17,125 nt of DNA from Thermotogota bacterium (GTDB lineage: Bacteria > Thermotogota > Thermotogae > Petrotogales > Petrotogaceae), in contig JBNJGY010000044.1 in assembly GCA_051748045.1 (NCBI GenBank), positions 1 through 17,125 on the forward strand, in the 5' to 3' direction. A program made the translations under genes and the position numbers. The notes beneath the pieces are model-generated. The model made no database searches, had not been told where the DNA came from, and saw only the letters and a program-made list of their open reading frames with translations. Shown here piece after piece: positions 6,547-14,498 of the stretch; the first letter of the stretch is position 1; the number at the start of each line of letters is the position of its first letter.

Positions 6547-8418
6547 TTAACTCATTAATTTATTGATTTTTTCTACAAATTCAGAAGGATTTTCGATTTT
6601 CATACCTTCCATTAGTAAAGCTTGATTGTATAGTATATCAGCATAGTCTTTTAATATTTCTGAATCAGGGCTTTCATCATAAACACTTTTTACTTTTTGA
6701 AAAACTGGGTGGTCAGGATTTAATTCTAATATTTTTTCTGCGTTAAAAGGCATTTGGTCAAGATCTTTTAATACTTTTTCCATATTTATAGACATACCTT
6801 CGTGGGCACTAACTATACAAACAGGAGATTTTTTCAATCTATCTGTTAATTTTACTTCTTTTACTTTTCCAGATAAAAGTTCTTTTATTTTAGATAGTAA
6901 GTCTTTGTTTTCTTCTTCTTGTTTTTCTTTTTCTTCTCGGTCTTTTAATTTTAAATCTGTAGAACTTATTGATTTGAATTCTTTGCCTTTATACTCTTGT
7001 AGCATTTGAATTAAGAATTCATCTATGTGATCTGTTAAGTATAGTACTTCGTAATTTTTTTCTTTAACAGCTTCCATCTGTGGAAGACTTTCTATAGAAT
7101 CTCTGCTTTCTCCAACAGCATAATATATATGTTCTTCTTGATCTTCTGTCATGTTTTCTATGTATTCATCTAATGACACAGGTTTTTCTGATTTTGAAGT
7201 TTCAAAAAGTAATAAGTCCATTACTTTGTCTTTTTTATCTATGTTTTCGTATAATCCTGCTTTTATACCTCTGCCAAATTCTTTCCAAAATTCTTGATAT
7301 TTTTCTCTTTCGTTTTTCATTTTTGATTTTAATGTTTGATGTATTTTTTTCTCTATATTTTTTTTCATAACTTGTATGTTTTTAGAGTGCTGTAGAATTT
7401 CTCTTGAGATATTCAATGTAAAGTCAGGAGAATCAACGAGACCCTTTACAAAAGAAAAATAAGAAGGGATTAAATCTTCATATTTATCCATCACAAATAC
7501 ATTTTTTGAGTATAAACTAAGACCTCTTTTATATTCTTTTGTGTAATAATCAAAAGGAGCTCTTGATGGTATAAATAATAACGATGTAAATTCTACTGTT
7601 GAACCTTCTGCTTTAAAATGTATTACATCTAGAGGGTCATTCCAGTCATGGTATGTTTCTTTGTAAAATTCATTGTATTCTTCTTGTTTTATTTCGTCTT
7701 TGTTTTTTCTCCAAAGAGATTCCATAGAGTTCAGTGTTTTTAATTCTGTTTTTTCTTTTCCTTCTTCATCAGTTTCTGTAACTTCCATCTTTATTGGGTA
7801 TCTTATGTAATTTGAATATTTTTTGACTAAATTTTGTAACAGTTCTCTTTTAGCGAAATTGTCTTCATCTGTAAGATCTTCTCTTAAATGAAGTGTTATT
7901 TTTGTTCCTCTTTTTTCTTTATCTATTGTATCAATTTCATAAGTTCCAGAACCGTCTGATTCCCATTTTACTCCGTTTTCTTTATTCCATTTTTTAGTCT
8001 CAACAGTTACTTTGTCAGAAACCATGAAGGCAGAGTAAAAGCCTACTCCAAATTGCCCTATCATTTCTAAAGTTTCTTGATCTGATTTTTCACTCTTCAT
8101 TTGGTCAATAAAAGCTTTTGTCCCTGATTTTGCTATTGTACCTAAATTTTCCACAACATCCTCGTAGGACATACCTATTCCATTGTCTTCAATAATGATT
8201 TTTTTATTTTTTTCATCTACATCTATGAAGATTTTGAAAACTGTCTCATTACCTAATATTTCAGGATCTTTAAGGGATTCAAACTTCATTTTGTCGATAG
8301 CATCTGAAGCGTTTGATATTAATTCTCTTAAAAATATTTCTTTGTGGGTATAAATTGAATTAATCATAAGGTTTAATAGTTGTTTTGTTTCTGTTTGGAA
8401 TTGTTTTTGTTCTGCCAT
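6547..8418 (-). CDS. htpG: Molecular chaperone HtpG (Hsp90)
   Basis: EIFLRELISNASDA, DNGIGM, NLGTIAKSGT, IGQFGVGFYSAF, LNISREILQ, ILELNPDHP. 623 aa. SD GAGGAGG. Confidence 0.98.
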   Translation of the reverse strand: MAEQKQFQTETKQLLNLMINSIYTHKEIFLRELISNASDAIDKMKFESLKDPEILGNETVFKIFIDVDEKNKKIIIEDNGIGMSYEDVVENLGTIAKSGTKAFIDQMKSEKSDQETLEMIGQFGVGFYSAFMVSDKVTVETKKWNKENGVKWESDGSGTYEIDTIDKEKRGTKITLHLREDLTDEDNFAKRELLQNLVKKYSNYIRYPIKMEVTETDEEGKEKTELKTLNSMESLWRKNKDEIKQEEYNEFYKETYHDWNDPLDVIHFKAEGSTVEFTSLLFIPSRAPFDYYTKEYKRGLSLYSKNVFVMDKYEDLIPSYFSFVKGLVDSPDFTLNISREILQHSKNIQVMKKNIEKKIHQTLKSKMKNEREKYQEFWKEFGRGIKAGLYENIDKKDKVMDLLLFETSKSEKPVSLDEYIENMTEDQEEHIYYAVGESRDSIESLPQMEAVKEKNYEVLYLTDHIDEFLIQMLQEYKGKEFKSISSTDLKLKDREEKEKQEEENKDLLSKIKELLSGKVKEVKLTDRLKKSPVCIVSAHEGMSINMEKVLKDLDQMPFNAEKILELNPDHPVFQKVKSVYDESPDSEILKDYADILYNQALLMEGMKIENPSEFVEKINKLMS

Positions 8419-8440
8419 TCAAATCATCCTCCTCTTTATT

Positions 8441-8467
8441 TTATCACTCTCAAGTATAGACTGCCAA
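8441..8467 (-). promoter_or_regulatory. CIRCE element (HrcA operator) in the htpG leader
   Basis: Minus-strand TTGGCAGTC-TATACTTGA-GAGTGATAA versus TTAGCACTC-N9-GAGTGCTAA: 15/18 with an exact 9-nt spacer, between promoter and SD. Confidence 0.85.
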
Positions 8468-8478
8468 TTTATATTATT

Positions 8479-8507
8479 ATTATATCATTTGAAATGAGAA
8501 AACGCAA
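8479..8507 (-). promoter_or_regulatory. Sigma70-type promoter of htpG
   Basis: Minus-strand TTGCGT(8507-8502)-N17-TATAAT(8484-8479) with an extended TG. Confidence 0.7.
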
Positions 8508-8508
8508 T

Positions 8509-8539
8509 AAAAAAGACTTCTTTTTTAAAAAGAAGTCTT
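8509..8539 (-). terminator. Intrinsic terminator of the diguanylate cyclase gene
   Basis: Inverted repeat AAGACTTCTTTTT/AAAAAGAAGTCTT (8513-8539) immediately after the stop at 8545. An A-run on the left gives a minus-strand U-tract. Confidence 0.7.
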
Positions 8540-8544
8540 AAATA

Positions 8545-10065
8545 TTATATACTTACACGATTTTTACCTAATCTCTTTGCTTTGTATAAAGCATCATCTG
8601 ATTTTTTTAGTATTTGGTCAAAGGTTTTTGTTTCAGTAGTAACTGTAGAAATCCCAATACTAGCTGTGTATTTTATATTGTGACCTAGAAAAATATTTGT
8701 TGAACTATAGGTTTTATTTTTAATTATTTCAGAGATTTTTCGGATTTCTTCAATATTGTATTCTGGTATTACTATTGCGAATTCTTCTCCACCAAGTCTT
8801 CCAAAAATAGAATTTTCTGGAATGATTTCTCTACATAGATTTGCAAAAGATTCTAAAATGAAATCTCCCGTACTGTGACCAAAATTATCATTTATTCTTT
8901 TGAAATTATCTATATCTATCATAATTACAGACAGATCTTTATTATTGTGCTTTGCAATTTCAAATAGTTTTTCAGCTTCACCAAAAAATTCATACCTATT
9001 GGAAGTTTTTGTAAGAAAATCTTTTGTTGCTTTAAACATTAATTCTTTTTCTAAAACTTTTTGATTTGTTATGTCATAAATAATTATTATGTAACCTTTA
9101 TCATCATTTAAAGGTGTAATTTTCATTTTATAATATTTTGACATATCTTCATTTTTTTGAAATTCAAGGTGTTGATCTTCTGGGTTGTTTATAAACATTT
9201 TCAATTGTTTGTATAATAAAGGGTCGATATCTCTTAACCTTTTTCCAATATATTTTTCTTTATAATAAAATTCATGTTTCATAAATGGGTTGTAATCAAG
9301 TATGTTTAGTTTTTCATTGGTTACTACAACGCCTATTTCCATATTTCTAATAATTTTTTCATGAGCTATTGGAGTAATTCTAAAAAGGTTGTATTTGAAA
9401 AGAGCATACATTATTAGAATTCCTGACGGGATAAAAGTCAAAGCTGTAGGACTATATGGATAAAAAGGATTTTTTCCAATTAAATCTATTACATTAAAAG
9501 AATATGGGATAATTAAACTCATCATTAATATAAAGCTTTGAAATTTATAAATACCTTTTCTTTTTAAGAAGGCTAATAAAAAATTAATTAGCGAGAAAAC
9601 AAGTAAGGTATAGTAAAATGCAATAAAAACCCAAAAAATTATAGAAGTATCTGTTTCTATTCTAACTACTGAGTTCACTACGTTATAATATATTTCTTTT
9701 CTAAGTAGTTTATGATAATCATTTGTAAAATTTAAAAATATATGAAAAATGGGTATTACCAATAATGGAACTATTATCTTTTTATTTAACAGTTTGCTTG
9801 ATTTTAGGTGTTCTAAAGATAAAAAGAACCAAGCAAAAGGGGCCAAATATATTCCTATTTGCTGGAAATTTAACCAAAATAGTTTTTCGCCGTTCGAAGT
9901 AACAGCTAACTCCATTGCATAACCAAAAGTCCAAATCATAGCCATACCCATTAGAAATAAAAATGAACTTCTACCTGGAGTTTTTTCTGTAAAATATGTA
10001 ATTATGAAAATCATTGTGACTACTGAGAAAGATAAGAATAGTATTGATTCGTAAATTTTAATCAC
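8545..10065 (-). CDS. Membrane sensor diguanylate cyclase (HisKA_7TM-like N-terminus, PAS-like, GGEEF)
   Basis: About 7 hydrophobic helices with LNFTNDYHKL motif, PAS-like segment (GVVVTN...YNP...DIT), DFLT..NR, IMIDIDNFKRINDNFGHSTGD, GRLGGEEF, DDALYKAK..GKNRV. Start codon uncertain (GTG 10065 or ATT 10056). Confidence 0.92.
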   Translation of the reverse strand: MIKIYESILFLSFSVVTMIFIITYFTEKTPGRSSFLFLMGMAMIWTFGYAMELAVTSNGEKLFWLNFQQIGIYLAPFAWFFLSLEHLKSSKLLNKKIIVPLLVIPIFHIFLNFTNDYHKLLRKEIYYNVVNSVVRIETDTSIIFWVFIAFYYTLLVFSLINFLLAFLKRKGIYKFQSFILMMSLIIPYSFNVIDLIGKNPFYPYSPTALTFIPSGILIMYALFKYNLFRITPIAHEKIIRNMEIGVVVTNEKLNILDYNPFMKHEFYYKEKYIGKRLRDIDPLLYKQLKMFINNPEDQHLEFQKNEDMSKYYKMKITPLNDDKGYIIIIYDITNQKVLEKELMFKATKDFLTKTSNRYEFFGEAEKLFEIAKHNNKDLSVIMIDIDNFKRINDNFGHSTGDFILESFANLCREIIPENSIFGRLGGEEFAIVIPEYNIEEIRKISEIIKNKTYSSTNIFLGHNIKYTASIGISTVTTETKTFDQILKKSDDALYKAKRLGKNRVSI

Positions 10066-10116
10066 CTTTTTTTAATGTTTTGTTTATTTTACCAAATTAG
10101 TGTTAAGAGTAAATAA

Positions 10117-10154
10117 AAAGAATAAACGCTATATTTACTTAACGTTTATTCTTT
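10117..10154 (-). terminator. Putative terminator hairpin between the two GGDEF genes
   Basis: AAAGAATAAACG(10117-10128)/CGTTTATTCTTT(10143-10154), 14-nt loop, AT-rich and therefore weak. Confidence 0.5.
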
Positions 10155-10162
10155 ATTGTTTT

Positions 10163-11053
10163 TTATATTATTTTTAATTTTTCGTCAGAATTATTAATCC
10201 CTTCAAATAGTCTTTTATCAAGAGACTCTTTCGTATCTTCTTTTTTTATTGAGGTTCCAACTATTTTTATAGTTGTAGAGATTTTTTCTTCTTTGTTCAT
10301 TATGAAACATGCTTCTGCTGTTGTTAAATATTTTTTTGCGATTATCTTTAATTGCTCTTTATTAACAAATCTAACGATACTTAAAAATTTGTTTCCTTCC
10401 AATCTACCTGTTATATCAGAGTTTCTAGTATTAGAGTGTAGGTTTAGGGCTATCATTTTTACTACTCTATCTCCTATTTCGTTTCCGTATTCTTTATTTA
10501 TTTTTGGGATGTTTTGGATTTCTATTAGTAAAACACCAGCATCATAATTGAATTTTTGAGACTCTTTTATAATTCTATTGGTATTGTCCTCTAAATATTT
10601 TCTGTTTGGAATACCTGTTAGATTATCTAAATAAGCTATTTGTTTATATTTTTCTATTTCTTTTAGAAATTTTTCTTTTTCTCTCATATCGTCAAAAATT
10701 TCTATAGCGCCCTCTATCATATTTTTATCGTCATATACAGGAAAAACTTTTACAGATACAGGTATTCTATGTCCTTGCTTATGATGTAAATAAACTTTGC
10801 TATCTCGCTCTCTTCCGTCTGCAAGTGTAGTACTAACAGGGCATCCGTGATGACAAAGGTTTCTTCCAGCTTCATTTATATGTTCTAATATGTTATCTTT
10901 ACAGCTCTTTCCGATTACTTCTTCTTCCTTAAAACCAGTAATTTCTTCTGCTTTTTTGTTCCAGAAAAGAATATTTCTCTTGTTATCTAAAGCATAAACT
11001 CCACTGCTAATATTATTTAAAATTTTCACAAGTTTAGCATCTTCAATAAACAT
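10163..11053 (-). CDS. PAS domain plus degenerate GGDEF domain protein (EGNKF A-site, RxxD I-site retained)
   Basis: PAS (FWNKKAEEITGF..EEVIGKSC...LHHKQGHRIPV), DNLTGIPNRK, INKEYGNEIGD, RNSD-ITGRL-EGNKF. ATG 11053 follows SD GAGGGGAG. Confidence 0.88.
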   Translation of the reverse strand: MFIEDAKLVKILNNISSGVYALDNKRNILFWNKKAEEITGFKEEEVIGKSCKDNILEHINEAGRNLCHHGCPVSTTLADGRERDSKVYLHHKQGHRIPVSVKVFPVYDDKNMIEGAIEIFDDMREKEKFLKEIEKYKQIAYLDNLTGIPNRKYLEDNTNRIIKESQKFNYDAGVLLIEIQNIPKINKEYGNEIGDRVVKMIALNLHSNTRNSDITGRLEGNKFLSIVRFVNKEQLKIIAKKYLTTAEACFIMNKEEKISTTIKIVGTSIKKEDTKESLDKRLFEGINNSDEKLKII

Positions 11054-11086
11054 AAAAATCAACTCCCCTCATACTAATTATACTAC

Positions 11087-11116
11087 AAAAAAAGCCACAG
11101 ATATAAAATCTGTGGC
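11087..11116 (-). terminator. Intrinsic terminator of the 11153-11644 gene
   Basis: GCCACAGAT(11094-11102)/ATCTGTGGC(11108-11116) with A7 at 11087-11093 as the minus-strand U-tract. Confidence 0.8.
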
Positions 11117-11152
11117 AATTTTAAGTTTATAAAAAGGGGGATAAGTTTATAC

Positions 11153-11644
11153 TTATCTATTGGTTTTTAATTCTTTTATTTCATCTTCTTTATTCTTAAT
11201 GTCTATCATCAAGTTCATGTTTTGTCTTCTTAATACTTTTATCATTTTTATCAGTTCTTCTCTTGTATTATTTTTTAATATTTTTTGAAAATCGTCAATG
11301 AATGCAAAATCAGGGTCTATCTTTCCAGTTCCTTCACATAAGAAACATTCAATATTCTGATCGTGAGATAATTCTTCTGGGATATCATCGGTTATTTTTA
11401 AATATTTGTAGTAAGGAGTTAAATCTTTTTTTGAATCATCTAAATCTTTTAATCCCACTATTCCATTAATTGTGTATATTACTTTATTATCATCAAAAAT
11501 GTTCAATTTAAACTTTGAATGGTTTTCAGCTTTGACAATTTGTGTGTGAAAATCGTAGTTTTTCGAATAAATATTTTTTATTAAATATGGATAGTTGTTT
11601 TTTATAGCACCCTCTACAAAATTTCTAGTAATAATGGTAATCAC
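11153..11644 (-). CDS. Hypothetical protein with a single CxxCxGxG motif and C-terminal coiled coil
   Basis: 163-codon ORF in very AT-rich DNA, motif ECFLCEGTGKI, own terminator. Start uncertain (GTG 11644 or ATT 11635). Confidence 0.7.
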   Translation of the reverse strand: MITIITRNFVEGAIKNNYPYLIKNIYSKNYDFHTQIVKAENHSKFKLNIFDDNKVIYTINGIVGLKDLDDSKKDLTPYYKYLKITDDIPEELSHDQNIECFLCEGTGKIDPDFAFIDDFQKILKNNTREELIKMIKVLRRQNMNLMIDIKNKEDEIKELKTNR

Positions 11645-11794
11645 CCCAAATATATTATAATAATTAATTAATCACTTGATTAATTTTACCATCTTTAAAA
11701 TTTCTAAAACTTTACCGATGTAACAGATTTAGTTAATTTTGGTAAAACTAAGATTTAAAAAGGTAAATATTATAACAATAAAAGGTAAAACCTG

Positions 11795-11803
11795 TGTTAT
11801 AAT
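11795..11803 (+). promoter_or_regulatory. Extended -10 promoter element
   Basis: TGTTATAAT 24 nt upstream of ATG 11828. Confidence 0.55.
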
Positions 11804-11827
11804 GAACAAAAAGGGGTGATAGATATT

Positions 11828-14464
11828 ATGAATAAAATAATTTTATTCTTTTTTCTTATTTTTAACCTAATGATTTTTTCAATACAAGTCACAGAAGAAT
11901 ACAAAGACGAGCTATTTTATGATCTTATTTATAATGGTTATGAAGAACAGGAAATCATTCAATTAATCGATAAATATAACTATACTTTTAGAAAAAGTGG
12001 TAAATATTCAGAGAATATGGATGATCTTATAATAACAGCCCTTACTAACGAAAAGAAAAATTATTCTTTAGATTTTATTAAAAAGCTTGATAGTATTTAT
12101 ATAGATGGATGGATTAATAGATATAAAGATTATAATAACAAAAATCTTTATACCCCTTATAAGTATGCACTTGAATATGCAAGATTTGATATTTTCGATT
12201 ATTTAATATCAAAATCTTATAAAATTCCAAATTATAAAGAAAGTATTCTAAAAAGTGACGTATTTAAAGGGATAGCAGCTTCTATAGATAAAGGTAATTC
12301 TATAGAAGCAATTCATTATCTTGAAGAAAAAGGACTATGGGTTGATTTCAATTTTTATGAAAAAGATTTATATAAATATTTAGCGTCATTAGATTTGAAA
12401 ACATTTAAAAATCTTCATAAAATATCTAACATAGATATTTTTTTGAAAGAAGAAAATTTTTTTGAAAAAATTCTGCTTTCATTTGGTCACGATATTGATA
12501 TGGAAATACAGTCAGAATACATAGACTTCCTAATATCTAGAATAGATATAAATACTATTAAGTCTGGATTTAATGATTTGGAAAACTTGAGAGGTATTCA
12601 AGCAGAAGTGTTTTTTTATTTGTATAAAAAAGGTATAGAGCCGGATATAAAATATATAGATAATTATTTTAGTCATTTATACGAGTATTCAATATTGAGA
12701 GATTCTTTTGAGTTGTATTTAATTTATTATACAAAAGATAAATTAAATAATACAGAAGAAAGGTTTGACCAAAAAGACCTATTGAACCATATTTTTACAA
12801 ATTATTTTGAAAATTTTGTTTATGTAATGAATAGAGACGAAATATTAAAAGCAACGGAAATAGCATTTGTTTTTGATTCAAAAAGAAATAAAGATTTTTA
12901 TTTTTCAAGAATTAATAATTTGATAGAAAATGAGTATTTTCTTTTAGCAAAAAAATATCTTTTAAAAGGCATTAGCGAAAATTTCTGGGCGATTGAAGAT
13001 ATAGCCCTTTACTATGATTTTAGAGGTATTGAAGATCAATTTTCAACTTTTTTCTTGGTTAATGATATTGATTTAACCTTTAAAACAAAATATAAAACTA
13101 TGGATAGAAATATCGATCTGATGGAATATTTTGTAGAAAGAAATCTATTCTATAAAGATTTTCTCGAAAAGTATGATGGAGATTTTAAAAATTTATTTTT
13201 CTCAGCTATCAAATACAGTTCTTTAGAAACTATAGAGTTTATAACCAATAATTTTAAAGATAAAATTCCTTCAGATAGATCAAGTGTTTCAAATTACTTT
13301 ATGGCTGCTGCTCAATCTCATGATCCAGAGAAATTTTATTTTGTGAAGAGTTTTTTTAAAGTTAAGGAACTGGATAGTTGGGCAATCGAAAAGCTAATAC
13401 ATTATAACTGGGATTTAGACTTTATCAAAAAAATTATGAATGAAAGTAAAATTGATTTTTCAGAAAAAACTTATACTTATTTAACTTTGGCAGCAAAATA
13501 TCACGACAATCCAGAAATATTCAACTTTTTTGAAACTAAGGGAATATTTTTGGACAAAGAAAAAAAATATCCATTTGGAGATCCAATTAAAATTTCCATT
13601 TTGGAAAATCCAAGCTTTTCAATGAAAGAATATTTAATAGACTATTATGGAGTTAATTATAGCCATAGAGAGGGTTATTCTTTGCTTTCTAGTATAAACC
13701 CTGATTATTACCAGACAATAAAAGATATATACGAGCATGAAAATTTTAAATATAGAGATTTACCTTATTACGAACATTATGATTTAATAGATAAAGAAAT
13801 ATTTGATGGTTTTGATATAGAAGCTAGATTTATTGTTGAGAGCAATAATTTATTAACCGTTGATTATTTTTTAAATCAAATTCAACGAATCAATATGTTT
13901 TCAGAGCAATGGAGAAGTCTTTTAGATTTTGCAGTAATAAACGATAATTACTTTTCTCAAAAATATATTTTATTGAATAATTATGATGTTGATTATGGTA
14001 TAAGGGGAATTGGATCTGCTAAACTAAGAATTGGGGACATGGAATTAAATAATGTTTTTCATTTTTTAGCTAGAATAGAGGGTTATTATAGTGATATTTT
14101 TTATAATTACATTTCTGAAGATGATATAAAAACTTTGATGAACATTTCAAATGGGGAGAGGTTAAACCCTTTAATGATTTTATTCAAAATAGGTAACTTT
14201 GATAATGTTGGTAAAGTATCTTTCTTTTTGACTTATACTGATTTCAATCATTTAGATTATAATGATAATAACTTTTTACATCATTATGCTATGAAAGAAA
14301 ATATATTTTCTTATTTCAAAGATTATGTATATAAAGACAATTTACCTTCAGAACTTTTTAAAGCAAAAAACAAAGATGGATTTACTCCTTATGAATTAGC
14401 TGTTGAAATGGGAAATGTGGAAAAAGCTGAACATATTAAAAATTTGCAAGAATACTATAAATAA
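11828..14464 (+). CDS. Large exported protein with degenerate ankyrin repeats
   Basis: Signal-peptide-like MNKIILFFFLIFNLMIFS. Ankyrin-like units TPYKYALEYARFDIFDYLISK, TYLTLAAKYHDNPEIF, SLLDFAVINDN, NNFLHHYAM, KNKDGFTPYELAVEMGNVEKAEHI. SD AGGGGTG before ATG 11828. Confidence 0.8.
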   Translation: MNKIILFFFLIFNLMIFSIQVTEEYKDELFYDLIYNGYEEQEIIQLIDKYNYTFRKSGKYSENMDDLIITALTNEKKNYSLDFIKKLDSIYIDGWINRYKDYNNKNLYTPYKYALEYARFDIFDYLISKSYKIPNYKESILKSDVFKGIAASIDKGNSIEAIHYLEEKGLWVDFNFYEKDLYKYLASLDLKTFKNLHKISNIDIFLKEENFFEKILLSFGHDIDMEIQSEYIDFLISRIDINTIKSGFNDLENLRGIQAEVFFYLYKKGIEPDIKYIDNYFSHLYEYSILRDSFELYLIYYTKDKLNNTEERFDQKDLLNHIFTNYFENFVYVMNRDEILKATEIAFVFDSKRNKDFYFSRINNLIENEYFLLAKKYLLKGISENFWAIEDIALYYDFRGIEDQFSTFFLVNDIDLTFKTKYKTMDRNIDLMEYFVERNLFYKDFLEKYDGDFKNLFFSAIKYSSLETIEFITNNFKDKIPSDRSSVSNYFMAAAQSHDPEKFYFVKSFFKVKELDSWAIEKLIHYNWDLDFIKKIMNESKIDFSEKTYTYLTLAAKYHDNPEIFNFFETKGIFLDKEKKYPFGDPIKISILENPSFSMKEYLIDYYGVNYSHREGYSLLSSINPDYYQTIKDIYEHENFKYRDLPYYEHYDLIDKEIFDGFDIEARFIVESNNLLTVDYFLNQIQRINMFSEQWRSLLDFAVINDNYFSQKYILLNNYDVDYGIRGIGSAKLRIGDMELNNVFHFLARIEGYYSDIFYNYISEDDIKTLMNISNGERLNPLMILFKIGNFDNVGKVSFFLTYTDFNHLDYNDNNFLHHYAMKENIFSYFKDYVYKDNLPSELFKAKNKDGFTPYELAVEMGNVEKAEHIKNLQEYYK

Positions 14465-14498
14465 AAATATAGAAGTCGAAAGACTTCTATATTTTTTT
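14463..14498. terminator. Bidirectional terminator with GAAA tetraloop overlapping both convergent stop codons
   Basis: AAAAATATAGAAGTC-GAAA-GACTTCTATATTTTT (15-bp stem). Confidence 0.85.

Noticed and set aside
6162..7370. ORFs 6162-6353 (-) and 7173-7370 (+)
   Set aside because: Antisense shadows of araC and htpG.
6547..8418. HtpG as a GHKL-type anti-phage defence ATPase
   Set aside because: Canonical full-length Hsp90 with a CIRCE operator, no fused nuclease and no defence neighbours.
10293..10547. 84-aa plus-strand ORF
   Set aside because: Antisense shadow of the PAS-GGDEF gene.
11696..11721. Sigma28-like promoter TAAA-N14-ACCGATGT
   Set aside because: Spacing is short and the -10 is imperfect. 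A good sigma70 extended -10 lies nearer the gene.
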